Shown here: positions 11,800 to 24,600 of the stretch, piece after piece
How the letters are laid out: the number at the start of each line of letters is the position of its first letter
Position numbering within the stretch: position 1 is the stretch's first letter
Assembly: GCA_008632985.1 (NCBI GenBank)
Contig: QPGO01000073.1
Location: 186,001-250,000, forward strand
DNA from: Psammoneis japonica
Taxonomy: Eukaryota
Direction of reading: 5' to 3'
DNA length: 64,000 nt
Program-made: the position numbers and the translations under genes
Notes under the pieces: generated by a model
Databases searched by the model: none
What the model was told of the DNA's origin: nothing
Seen by the model: the letters and a program-made list of their open reading frames with translations, nothing else

Positions 11800-12920
11800 T
11801 CAAGTTCAAAGAGATGGCACTCACTGTGCCAAGGAAAAACAAAGCCTCTGAGCTCCAATCACCTTTGGGACAAGACACCCATCAAGTCAATCTGGAGAAT
11901 GATCAACACAAGTGGGTGGACGCAGAACTCAAGTGGGGCAGACTCAAGGTTAGACTGCAAGCAGGCACATGGCACAATGTGGCAGCACCCCATGCAAAGC
12001 TGCCACTCAGCTTTGATGGCAACAAAGAACTCCAAAGCATTGAGGACACTGCAGCCCAACAAAGAACATGAGCTGGAAAATGTTTTGCATCACAAGAGAA
12101 CGCAAACTTGCTGCAGTCAAGTGACAGCTGCCAGATGTGCTCCCAGACTCATGCCACAAGCCTGGAGCAGCAAAGAGAGTGCAGAGACTCAATGTGGCAA
12201 CGTGGGTGCCAGTGTGTGACATTGAGTGCCCAACTCCACCCCTGGTGTGACTCAAAGAAAACACAGAAATGCTTGAGAAAGCATGCAAGGAAGCAAAAAA
12301 CATCCCAAGTGCCACAGAATGCACTTGATGGAATGGCTGTGGGAACAAGCACCACCTGCATGTGTGCCACAGTGTGCAGGGTGCTGCACAGATGACAAGT
12401 CACAATGGCTGAGTTTGCTCTGAACCTCTTGTGCTGCAGATGACTTGTCAATGACACAGTTGGAGTTTGGAGTGTGGGCTGGAAACAGTGGAGAGACTTG
12501 GGGACTTTGGAAGCCTTGAAAATGAGCTCAACAGCTCAGGCAACCTGCAGTGGGTTGCCTCCCCACTCTCCACCTCTGCAGTCTTTCTGGATCTGGGCAT
12601 GAAAATTGGAGAAGATGGGTGCATTGTTGCCAAACACATCAAAAACCAGCAAACCTTTGTTTGCACATGCTTTGTTTAAAGAGTGTCATTTGTGGCAACT
12701 TGTGATGATTCTGGATGCAAAGCTCTGATGTGCACAGTTGCACCAATGCTGCAGAAAAGATTGCAAAGAGACTTGTCATGAGAGGTCACAACCAAAATGC
12801 CCAGCCGCCACCAAGAGGCATGCCACGAGTGTCAAGATGGCACAGTTGCAACCACAAAACTCAAAAGATGCCCTGATCAAAACCCACCTTGACAAACCAG
12901 AAGGGGAGCAGGTCTCATGA
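11800..12920 (+). mobile_element. Degenerate reverse transcriptase relic, Penelope-like retroelement
   Basis: DGMAVGTSTTCMCATVC at ~12327 corresponds to GTAMGT..ACMYAT.Y. LCCR*LVNDTVGVW at 12429-12470 corresponds to LYYRRLVDDI.G.W. LNSSGNLQW...VFLDLGMKIGEDGCI corresponds to the FLDL motif. Boundaries approximate. Confidence 0.7.
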
Positions 12921-15615
12921 CACATTGAGCCACTGTCATCAGCTGACGGGGTCAAGTTGTTTGCTGCCATGGCCAGTTGTTGACTGACAACAACAAACAG
13001 AACAGTGCACGTGGGTTGTGACAGTGTGCGCTTTTGCTTTTCATTGTTTGGGGGGAGAGCGCACTGTTGTGAAGTGTGTGGAAAATTGTGCATGTAAAAA
13101 AAGAAAAAAAAACACTGAAAATGCCGTGGGCCAACGGGCTGTGCAAATCTGGGAAGTGTGAAGAAAATTGCAAATTGAGGGTGGGAGGGTGCATGCATGA
13201 GGTGGGCTGCACACATGCAAGGACACACACACATGAGCAGGGAGGACAAAGTTAAAACCAAGTTCAGTTGACAGGCATCAAAAGAAAAACAAAGCCAATT
13301 GAGACATCAGATGAAACACTCAAAACAAGCGCATTTTGTTGAACACTGTTGCTGACATTTTTCAAATTTGACTGGCTGACAATTTTGATGGTGGGTGTGC
13401 AAACATTTGCCAAGGAAAGTGGAAACCCCTGAATTGCACCCTCTGGTGTCCCACCAAATGTTGAGAGCCACACAACAACAATTTCCAACAAGACATCTCC
13501 ATCTCCAATCAGGCCATGCTGACTCTTTCAAGGATGCACCGGCACTGTTTTGGGTGGCTCATAATTTTCTGTTTTTTCTGGGTGGCACACCTCACCCACA
13601 CTGTTTTGCAGCACCTCTGTGCACCCCCAAGCACTTGTGATTGCAAGCATGTCTGCCCCCCCCCATCAAGGCTGTTGCGCTCAGACCTTTGTGCAAACTG
13701 CGCTCATCAGCCTTCAAATGCCAACTGTTGGATTTGGTGCAGGGCTGTGTTGTTTAACAGCAAACCACGGTTTTGGGCCAAACTTGCACTGCCCATGGCA
13801 GACAAGCCACAACTTTCCAGCAAATGCCAGCAATTTTTCCACAATCATTGTCTGCGCATTCCATGTGATGTCTTTCCAATGGACAATCAAGCTCTTGCTG
13901 AATTTTTTTGGCAAATGCACACTCAGTGTGGCGCACCTGGATTGTTCAAAAAAATTCACAAGCTCCAGACAAAATCAACTGTGCATTCTGTTTGTTTTTC
14001 AGGCCCCATTTTCACCATGTGCAGCACAGTGTCAAGGACAAACAAAATGGTCATTGCCCCTCCACATCATTGTCAATGCAGCCTGCTTCATTTTTCCAAA
14101 GATGCCTCAGGCACCTTCTTGCATTGAAAGTGTGAGGAAACAGTGCACACCACCCAGCAGCCCTGAAAAAAAAAGAGCTGTTTTGCTCATCAACACATGC
14201 CACCAGAGTGTCTGTCCATTGGATGCAAAGTCTGTGAGATTTCAACCATTCACCAAGCACTGGGATGACAATCGAATCTTTGGGAAGACAAGCACAAGAA
14301 AGGCATTTGAGCAGGAATTGCCGCAACTTTGGCCCAACATGTGATGGGTGAAATGTGAGATCATCACCGACAAAGCTGCAAGGCCAAATGTTTGTCAAAC
14401 AGCTGAGCCTTTCACAGTGAAAACAACCCTTCATTCGGGTCACTGAAATTTGTGCAACATTGTGATGTCTCTTGTTGCTTTGCAACAAAACAAGCATCGC
14501 AACCTCAAAAGACAACACATCAAGCAAAGCAATTGCATTTTAAGCTGCTCACAACGTTGGTTTCTTGACAATTTTGACAGTGCCTTGATTTGTCAATGTG
14601 AAGAGGGTTGATCCATCAAAAAAAGTGCTGCGCACCTCAAACTTCTTTGATCATGGCTCGGCACCATCATTTCTGCCACAGCCACACAACACAGCAATGG
14701 TGCAACAGCAACAAAAAACACATTTGTTTTTAAACACTTGTGAGTGAGTGGAGCAGGACAAATCATGGTGGTTGCATCGGATGTGTGTCATCGAAAGGGG
14801 TGCCATTCGATGTCATCGTGTTGTGGCCGACTTCGGGGACGAAACGATGTCAAGAGGACACAACATCCACAGCAATCACAATGCACACACTGTGTGAACA
14901 ATTTGTGATGCAATGGAATCAACAGATCATTGACATTTCTTTGACAGGGTTTGGGCGCATCATCGAAAATTTGTCACGCGCCATTGTTTTGTCTTCTTGT
15001 GCCAACAAAAGCAACCTCCGCAGCACCAAAAATGAGTTGCCAGCTAAAAAATTGAGCACATCTAAAAACATTGTTCATTTGATGATGTTGATGCATCAAT
15101 GATTGGATCTCTGCAAGGTGCTCGCTGTGTCGAAAATGCGCCGTTGCCGAAACAGCAGAGTTTTTGACTTGGAGCCACTTGGAGCATTTTCGCGGGGAGT
15201 TCGATGTTTTCAAGATCTTCGTCTTTAAAGATTTTTTGCTTCCTCTCGTAGAATCTGCACTGGTGCCTGCGTTTAAAATGATGTGTTTTAAAACTTTCCT
15301 GCTCATTCTACATCATTTTGATTCATCTTTTTGGTTTGGTTCATTCGTGCCTCGGCACCGTTTCAATCCCGAATCACGACTGAGGTTCATGACTCAAATG
15401 TTCAAGCGGCGAAATGAAGATCGCGAGTTCCTGTCGATCACCATCACTTTGAACTTCTTTCTCATCATCGTACCACTGCATTACTCCATTATTACTTCAG
15501 TGTTGGATTTAGCTAATTGAACTGCGTGTAATGCATCACCAACCATTGTGACAGTCGATCAACAGAATACAACACGAGCTAGAGAGAGTATCCGAGGCGA
15601 GTGACACCATAGGCA

Positions 15616-17848
15616 ATGGCTTTGCAATTTGGCCAAATTAAAGTCCGCTACACCTTCTTAACCGGTGTCTTCGTATTGACCGCTTGTCATCTCCTTTTCT
15701 TGGCAAAGGTGGGGAAATTCGTTGCATACATTGAAAATGACGCGTCGACATTTGTTCCGTACATGAGCGAAACGAGCACGTCCGAGAGGACGATGTCGAG
15801 AAGAGAGACTGGTGTGGATCCCAATGCTGCTTTGAATCTTCACAAGGGCTTCCCTCTACAATGTGGTTTGCAGGATGTCGCTTCGTCAGTCATTCATCCC
15901 GGTGCGGAAGGCCTCCTTCACATGGCCCTGTGGAATCCGAATAAACCTTATCTTTGGGGACACCGCAAGTATCACGGCAAGAATATGACCAAGGCTGTTG
16001 AGCTGCTTTCCAAGGTACAAAGTTGTTTGTATACGTTTCTTGATTATTGGTGGGAACTCGCTGAGAAACACAACATGACGCGATGGTCGCTCCATGGCGG
16101 TTCGGCAATGAGTGCCTATTGCCACCGGTCGGCCAATCCCTGGGATGATGACATTGACCTCACTGTCAGTAGCTGCGATGCCTTGTTGAAATTGTTTGAT
16201 GAGGCGCGGAACGTTTCAGACGTACACCCCGACATTGACTTCAAACAGTACAATGACAAAGTATTCGAAGGACGGCTGTTGCCAAACGATGAGTGGATCC
16301 TCCTTAAAGGACCGACACCACCACCACATCGGAAGAAAAACCACAATAACTTTTTCAAGCTCAAGCACGTCAATATGACGCGTACCCTAAAGGAGAAAGA
16401 CCTGTCCGGTATCGATATTATGTGTATGGACCAATTTATTACCCATAAAGAAATCGATCCGATGAATGAGTCAGGGTTTGAAAGTTACCGTGAGTGCTTG
16501 TTTGCTGCTGCTGAGTTGGCTAGTTGTCGCATCTATTCGCCTAACCCATGTTGCTATTTCCCTCCAAATTCCGCTGTTTTTCACAGTAAAGGGAAATGCA
16601 CCTTTGCAGACAGTGCAATTTGGGCCAACTTTCGCAAAGGTCGTTCCTTACCCCGTACTTGAAGAATATGTTTTTCAACGATACCACAAGCGATCATTCT
16701 GTGACTTTCCATATGAGAAGGACCGAATTCAAAACAGAACGATAAGTCAACCTCGCTCGTCACAGCTTCAAGTAGCGGTATCCAAATGGTATACTACAGA
16801 ACGTCAGCGCTTGGCGTGGCTGGATAAGGTAGGCAAAGTATCAGGAAAGGAGCTCACAAAGGAGGTCCCGAACCTTGATGAAGTGGAAATTGATAACTCA
16901 ATCGCAGCCCAGGAATCATGCCAGATTTCAGCAGGCCGCCCGCTCAAAGTTATTGCATTTAACCACGAGCGGGGTACCTATTGGTCCGCGTTTGCGGATA
17001 TGGTTAGAACAAGGGAAGAGCTTGAGAAACCCGATGTTATAATATTGAACGAGATGGACATTGGCATGGCACGTAGTGGAAATCTCCATACAACACGAAA
17101 GCTCGCATTCGAGCTGGGAATGAATTACGCATGGGGTCTCGAGTTCATTGAGCTAACAAGAGGCACGGAGAAGGAGCAGAATGCGACGGAGGGAACGAGA
17201 AATTCTATGGGGCTTCATGGGAACGCAATATTGTCAACTTGCAAACTGTATGACCCACTTGTAGTCCGTCACGAACTGGGAAGCATATATTTTTCGAACA
17301 AAACGAATTGGGAGAATGCTTACGGTTACGAGAAGAGACTCGGTGGTCGGATGGCGCTCTTTGCTCGCACAGGTCATGACGGGCCGCCCAACGCCTCTGA
17401 TGATACATTTGATGAACGCCACCACGTGATTGTTGGATCGGTGCACAAACTTGGGCTCTCGCACCAAGATGAAATTTGGAAGTACTTCGGCACTGGTTGG
17501 CCGCGTCATGATTCGGGCCAGAATGGAACCGCAAGGCAAGCTCCTCCAAATCGAACTGAGTCGAATCGGACCGGAATCATTCTGGCTGGAGATTTCGATG
17601 GCCGCAAGTTCTGTGGACGCCATGGCTTGCACAATCTTGATTTGAACGGGCCGATTTTAAATGCGTTTCGGGCCGACTGCTCCCGACCAGATGAAGCCCT
17701 TCGCAGCGGCAGGCGGCGAGGAGACTGTTTCTGCGGGAACATGGCCCAGCACCAACGGGACAGGGTTGTTGCGCCATGCTTCACACAGAATGGAACGACG
17801 ACTCAAATCGCAGACCATGCCATTTTGGAGATTACGCTGCAGGCCTAG
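15616..17848 (+). CDS. Type II membrane LicD-family nucleotidyl/phosphotransferase fused to an exonuclease-endonuclease-phosphatase (EEP) domain; exons 15616-16489 and 16587-17848
   Basis: LicD motif WSLHGGSAMSAYCHRSANPWDDDIDL. EEP motifs IAFNHERG, DVIILNEMDIGMARS, GNAILS, LAGDFD, ADHAIL. A phase-compatible GT-AG intron at 16490-16586 joins the two ORFs. Confidence 0.8.
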
Positions 17849-18055
17849 CTAGCTAGGGGGGCAGGAGCAGGGAGGCCGTCAAGGCTTCGCGAATCTATTT
17901 CTAGATTCTGTTTGCCTGGGCAATTTGTCATGTGCGAGTCCTTTCTCCTCGATAGTCTTCGTCTTGAGACATCTTTCTCAAAGTTTGTGGTGCTTACATT
18001 ATTAACAAGTCACAAGGCCTTTGATAGTAGGAACCTCTCCCTATTTTAAATCTGT

Positions 18056-18345
18056 CTCTAGTCCTGCACTTGATCGTTAGTTAGATATGGTAGACTCTAG
18101 GGCTACTAGCTAGTAGTCTAATAGTCTCCATATACTCTCTAGAGTGCTCTAGAGTAGAGCCTCTACTAGCTACTATTTACTAGCTAGAGCTAGTAGCTAC
18201 TAGCTAGAGTATAGTATCTAGCTACTACTAGCTAGAGAGAGCGTAGCTAGCTAGCTAATAGTAGCTACTACTAACTGCCGGTAGAATAGAGAGCTACCGT
18301 AGTAGAGTAGAGAGCGAGTACAGTAGTACTGTACTTAGCTTACAG
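18056..18345. repeat. CTAG/TAG/TAC-rich low-complexity intergenic tract
   Basis: Dense irregular repeats of TAG, CTAG and CTAC (e.g. CTACTAGCTAGAGCTAGTAGCTACTAGCTAGAG) ~350 bp upstream of the CHD gene. Confidence 0.75.
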
Positions 18346-18691
18346 ACCTCCCAGTAGTTTACGTAAAGTTCAACATCTTCTGTTCGTCTGTCATGCCTTA
18401 CGTTGCGTACGTGCTTCATCGGTCGTTGGTCTGTCATTCACCCAACTTCTGGTTTTTGGCGCGCCAACTGGTATAAGCTACGTGAAAACCTGCAGCATCG
18501 TAGAACAATACTAACAAATATGTATGTAAATGTCCGTAATAAATCGACGACCGCAGTTACAGTATCTCATCTATCGTCGTCTCGGTGTTTTTTGCTTCCT
18601 CGCTTCACAACGTCGAGGATAGGAGTCGTCGAACATAAGCCTGTGTTTCTGTTGCAGCGGCAGTGCTGATTATCAATCAAGACAACAAATC

Positions 18692-21600
18692 ATGTCGTCG
18701 ACCCGTGTTTCGAGAGTGGTAAGTCACTTATGTGTTCTTCTTATGGTGATTCACGGCATGTACAGTATTGATTCATATAAGTTACATGGGTTTTTTGCTG
18801 TTTTGCTCGCTCTGCCACAGAGTCAAGAAAATGACAATGGGGGAGAAGAAGAAGGAGCAAGGCGGCGTAATCCGCGTCGGGGAGCCACGGCCAAGTCTTT
18901 GAGCTTAACCGAGTCTGACCAAGACACCAACGACGATGACGTGGATGCCTCTTCTGCTGACGAGGAGGAGGAGTCTGAGGAGTCTGAGGACGAAGTGATA
19001 GAGGAGGAGAGGCCAACGAGAGGAGCCAGAAAGAGCAGCCGTAGTCGCACACGTACATCGGCACGATCCACAAAGTACACGGGTGCAATGATGGAGAGAG
19101 ACAATGATGATGATCTAATGGAAACAGACGGCGATGAAGTAGCTCAGTCTCCCCCCAAACGGCAACGTGCCAGGCGTGCGGCTGCACCCAAATCACCGGC
19201 GTCCTGTCATTCGTCACGCCGTCGCCAAGTCAAAACTCAAGTTATGATGTCTGGTGAATCCGATTCGGAATCTTCAGAAGAAGAAGAGGAGGAAGAAGAA
19301 GAGGAAGAATTACAGGACATGAAGATTCAACGCATTCTCGCCAGTCGCTCCGAGCCGCTCAAAAAGTGGAAAACAATTACTGCCAAGATGAATACCAGCG
19401 AAGTGGATTATGGGAGTCGGTGGTTTCAAGAGCCACCGGAAGACCAAGATGAGGATGACTTTGAAGAGCGGTTTTTGTGCAAATGGTCTGACTTGTCATA
19501 TTTGCACTGCTCGTGGGAGACTGAGCAGGACCTGATGGAGCAAGTGGATGGGGCCAAGACATATCTCAATACTTTTTTCCGTAAGTCCGAGAACGGCCTC
19601 TTTTACACCGCAGAAGAAAGGTGTGATGGGGATTATTTTGATCCGGCTTATTGCCAGGTAGATCGGATCTTGGAAATTGATGATCAGGAAGACAACGATC
19701 TCATCATGGACAAGGACGATCCTGACTACGAGGGAGGGACGGGTCGCCAATTTCTAGTCAAGTGGGGAAACACGCCTTATTCGCTTGCGACCTATGAGTT
19801 TGAACGGGATTTGATTCTCAACGAGGTCGATTACAAGGAGCAGTTGGAGGATTTTTTCCGGAGAAGGAAAAAAGTGAGCATTTTGAAGGTCTATGTGTAT
19901 ATCTTTCTGCACTTCATACTCATCCTTTTCTCTCTCTCTCTCTCTCTCTCTTGTCCACAGCCCACAAAGACAGAGCTCAAGGCGGCCTTCCGAAAAGGTG
20001 ACAAGGAGAGCCGCCGAACTTACAAGATTTTCAAGGAAGGGATGAGTGAAGAGACGCAAGTGCAAGACTATCAAAAGGAACTTGAAAACCACGTGTTCAA
20101 GAACGGGGGGCAGCTGCGCGATTATCAAGCGGTCGGGGTCTCGTGGCTCTTGGCCAATCACGTGAATAAACGATCTTCCATTCTGGCGGACGAAGTGAGT
20201 GTTATCAAATTTATGTGTACTTCGTTGTTGCACTTCATCAAACTGATTTTTCTTCTATCCGTTTTTCTAGATGGGCCTCGGAAAGACCTGTCAAACGGCG
20301 GTCTACGTGCATATGGTGGCGTCCAAATTGCAGCGCCCGGGTCCCTTTTTAATTGTTGCGCCTCTCTCGACACTCCCTCATTGGTACCGGGAGTTTTCGG
20401 CATGGACCGACTTGAATACAATTATATATCACGGGAGTGCGAGTGATCGAGAGTTCATCAGGGAATTTGAATTTGCCTACGAAGCGGACCGACCCGTTGG
20501 CGGCAGTGTGGGATTCAATCAAAGTTATCTCAAAAAGTGCCTCCCTAAAAAGAAGAAACGCAGCAACCCTAAAGATGAGATGCGCTGGATGGCACAGGTG
20601 GTTATTACGACACCGGAAATGCTCGTTACTGATGATTTCTCGGAATTAACCGCGGTCAAGTGGGATGTGCTCGTGGTGGACGAAGCGCACCGACTCAAGA
20701 ACCACGCTTCAAAGCTGGCGAATAACCTTCGTGATGAACGTTTTGAATTTGTCCAGACCCTTCTTCTGACCGGCACGCCTATTCAAAACAACATGACGGA
20801 ACTTTGGACGCTCTTGAATATTGTTGATCCTGAAAGCTTTGATTCCATTGACACGTTCTTGGGTGAGTACGGGGATATCAAGAGCAAGGAAAAAGTAGAC
20901 GAATTACATGAGCGCATTCGGCCCTATATCTTGCGTCGGCTCAAGGAGGACGTAGAAAAGAGCGTCCCGCCCAAGGAGGAAACGCTAATTGAAGTGGAGT
21001 TGACGGTTCTTCAGAAACAATACTACCGTGCCCTCTACGAGAAAAATGTTCAGTTTCTCCACCGAAACAAGAAAAAAGCGCTAGACGGCCCCAGCATTAG
21101 CAACCTTGCCATGCAACTCCGCAAGTGCTGCAATCACCCTTTCTTGCTGAACGGTGTGGAAGAAGAAGTGAGGGCGTCCCAGGAGAATATAAGCGAGGGT
21201 GACTTTTTAAGCAAGGCGTCTGGGAAGTTGGTATTGCTGGATAAGTTGCTGCCGCTTTTGAAGAAGGACGGGCATCGCGTTTTGCTGTTTTCGCAGTTCA
21301 AAATCATGTTGGATATACTGGAGGACTACCTCGCAGCACGGAGCATGAAGTTTGAGCGGATTGATGGTAGTATTACGGGGAACAAACGACAAATGGCTAT
21401 TGACCGATTCCAATCAGAGGACACCGGCAAAGATGATGCACCTTTTATCATGCTCCTATCGACTCGTGCCGGAGGAGTTGGTGAGTATTGGCGTGTGTCT
21501 GCTTATTTATGCTTATGGCGAGGGAAACTTCTCACAATGTTCCCTCTGGGATTGCACTTAAAGGAATCAATTTGACGGCAGCTGATACCTGTGTAATTTT

Positions 21601-24600
21601 CGATAGTGACTGGAACCCCCAAAATGATCTCCAGGCTCAAGCGAGATGCCATCGTATTGGCCAGACAAAGAATGTCCAGGTGTATCGCCTTTTGTGTCGA
21701 AAAACGTACGAAATGCAGATGTTTCACATGAGCTCGCTCAAAATGGGACTGGATCAGGCTGTGCTACAGGGATTCGAAAGCGGTACTTCTTCAAATGATC
21801 CGGGTACCATGACGAAGGAAGAGGTGGAGCGCCTCTTGCGCCACGGAGCATACGACATGTTCAATGAAGAGAAGGCTGGAAATGCCGAAGCGGAGTCGAA
21901 CGAGTTTGTTCAACAAGACATTGAAACGATTTTGGCGAGACGGAGTCGCACCGTCGTCCACGAAAACACAGGAAGTAAAAGCAAAGCGGCGGGTGGAACG
22001 TTTTCGAAAGCGGGCTTCAAGGCGGCCAAGAGTCCCGACAAACAGGCGGAAGCAACGAGGATGTTGATATAGATGACCCCGAATTCTGGAAGAAAATGGT
22101 CGGAGAGGGCAAGTTGGAGCAAGATGCGGCGGACTTGACGGGGAAGAAACGCAGCCGAAAGCAAGCCAACTACTCGGAACGGGATTACGAACGACGAATG
22201 AATGCGAGACTGATCGACAGTGACAGCGATGACTCTAGTAGTACCAGCTCTTCGGACAGCGACAGTGATGAATCCGACGAATGGGAAAATGGCACAGAGT
22301 TATTTCCCGGTGGCGAAGGGAGCACCACGACGGGAGACGAAGGAGCTGGTACCGCCGCTCTAGCGACAGCAGTGCCTCGCAAACGTATTAAAAAGAAAAA
22401 GAAAATGGTAGAGCGCAGTAAATGGGGAGGTGGCGGGACCAGCGACTGGGAGAAGGCTGATGTGGAGACGCTCGCCAGGGCTCTTCAGTTCTACGGATAT
22501 GCAAATCTCGAATGGGATGAGTTTGCAAAGAAATCGAATTTCCGAAACGCTCGGACTATTCGACAGACCAGGTACGTGTTGGCGACTTGTGAAAAGCGTA
22601 ACCAGGCGATTGGTTGTTCTCACGATGGCAGTTTCATCCATACGCAGATAAAACGAATGAGTTGGTCGCTTGCTCTTTTGGCTTTACGAGAAGCTGCTGA
22701 CGAAGATGTCCTCGGTGTGAGGCGAAGAGCTGAGAGAGCTGCAGAAAAGAAGAGGGAATCGGAAGGTGTATCTGATGTGCCTTCTGCAGGCAGCGGTGGT
22801 GTGCTCGCGATGTCGTCCGTTGAATCCGACGTTATCAAGAGGCGAGAGGAAGACAAAGGGCAATTATCGATCTCTTTTGGAAAGTTGTGGAAGGTAAACG
22901 CGCCCTGGGCATCTATTGCGGTCAGCGACGCCCTGGCCTTTGCCGAGTCCAATCCACCACGAGCAAAGGAGGTTTTGGATGGAGCTCTCAAAGAAGGCCA
23001 CAGCACGGCTTCAACTCAAACGGACGGCGCTCTTGCTCAGTTTGGTAGGAACATTTGGCCGTCGCTGAAGAGTCGTGGTTGGAAATCCAGTATCGAGGTA
23101 GAGGAAAAGCATGCTGGTAGCACTCATTACCAGTACCAGGGAAAACAGGTATGTTGGCCGAAAGAAGCGCATGTTAGCCCACTTTCTGATACTTATTTCG
23201 ATTTTTGTGTTCTGCACCTGTCATCCTCGGTACAACAGTATCGTACCCCCGATGCCGTTCTACGAGCTGTGCCTTCCATTCATCCTGAACTCTCCAATAC
23301 TGTGGAAACTGTCCTTACTGCGATTGCAGCATCAGAAGAAGAAAGGGAGCGTTCTCGCTTATTGGAGGCGAAAAACGCTAGCCTCGAGCCATCAAAGGTG
23401 ACCCCGGAGTCCTTGTCGCTCTTTTTGCAAATGTACGCTCCATTGCCACTTATCGCCGACCGGAACAAGCATCGAAGGATCCCTATACCAAGAAAACTGC
23501 TCAGTGTTTGTTCAATGTTGCACACTGCGAAGGCTGTGGTGAAAGCATGTTCGGGCTCGTCAGCTGCAAGTGTTGTTGACGAAATTGCGAGGCGGATAAA
23601 TGTGCACAAGAGATTAGCACTGCCTCATCCAGCTTGGGCGCCTCGTCATGATGGCGTGCTTATTTCTGCGATTTCGAAGCACGGCTGGATTGACCATGAT
23701 GCGTGCTGCCGAGCGATCACAGAGGACAGTACGATTAAGTGGGGTCCGCCATTTGATGAAGGCAGGCGTAGAGAAGACAGTGGTCCTGCACCTTCAACGA
23801 CACGGAAGGAAACATTGTCTGAAGAGGAAAGCACCTTGATGTTGAAAGGAGCCGCTCAAAGGGCCGCTACCTTCTTTACCGCAGAACACGACATGATATT
23901 TGGAACAGAAATCAAGGGTTTCAAGCATCACCTTGTCATTAATGCATATGGGTTGGAACGAGTCTTTTCCGACGAACTATCCGAAACCGACCGTGGATCT
24001 GATCCTCAGGTCGAATCCGAAAATCAAGCCGAAGATGAAGGCCAAGGCGAAGGGAAAAAGCCAGTGGAGTGGGTTGTGAACGAGAAACTGCTAGAAGGCT
24101 TCTCAAAAAGCAACGAAGGCAGTGAAGAGGACGATGACGATGAGGCCAAGTCGGATGAGCCCGTAGACCTACCGAACAAGAAAGATCTTTTGAGACGCGC
24201 AAAATCTTTGCTATCCACGCCTTTGGAAGCGCTTCTGAAACAGTCGAATCTGGCTTCCGTGACTACCCAAACAGCCGCAACCGCTCCTCCCAAATATAAG
24301 TATTCGACCCTGGACCAGTCAGATAGATGCAATATCTTGCTGGCGGAAATGATAAGAAGTTTGTTGAAGTCCCCAATGTCGAAGAATGCCAAGCTATTGA
24401 ACGTCTGCCGGAATCTTTGTGTCCACGCTATTCAAGAAGCGAATAGCAGAAGCGACGATCTAAAGTCCATCACGGGCGACGGACGCGACGCGGCGTCCAC
24501 GACGGGTTCACCGTCAGAGGCAATGAAGGAAATTGCCGACCAACTAGCAGAAGTGAAGCGAAGTATGAAGGCTTCTGCTCGCCAGACTAAGAACGTGTTG

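Larger units (their letters stand above)
7376..15300. repeat. TpA/CpG-depleted block C (nested degenerate elements and a pseudogene)
   Basis: About 8 kb with only ~20-25 TA, most in TTAA/TTAG/CTAA/CTAG. Right boundary fades at ~15300-15500. Confidence 0.7.

Noticed and set aside
4261..15102. Dozens of 100-240-aa Cys/His/Gln-rich ORFs (also at 49296-51371 and 59604-63908) as novel metal-binding proteins
   Set aside because: They overlap in all six frames, lack Tyr and mostly end in TGA. This is the expected by-product of TAA/TAG/TAY loss, not evidence of coding.
22030..22560. Programmed frameshifting or pseudogenisation of the CHD gene (shifts near 22040 and ~22530)
   Set aside because: Each is fixed by adding one base to a short homopolymer. 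Similar single-base losses occur in unrelated genes (~32130, ~45320, ~46130, ~47780, ~51445), pointing to long-read consensus errors. Needs read-level confirmation.
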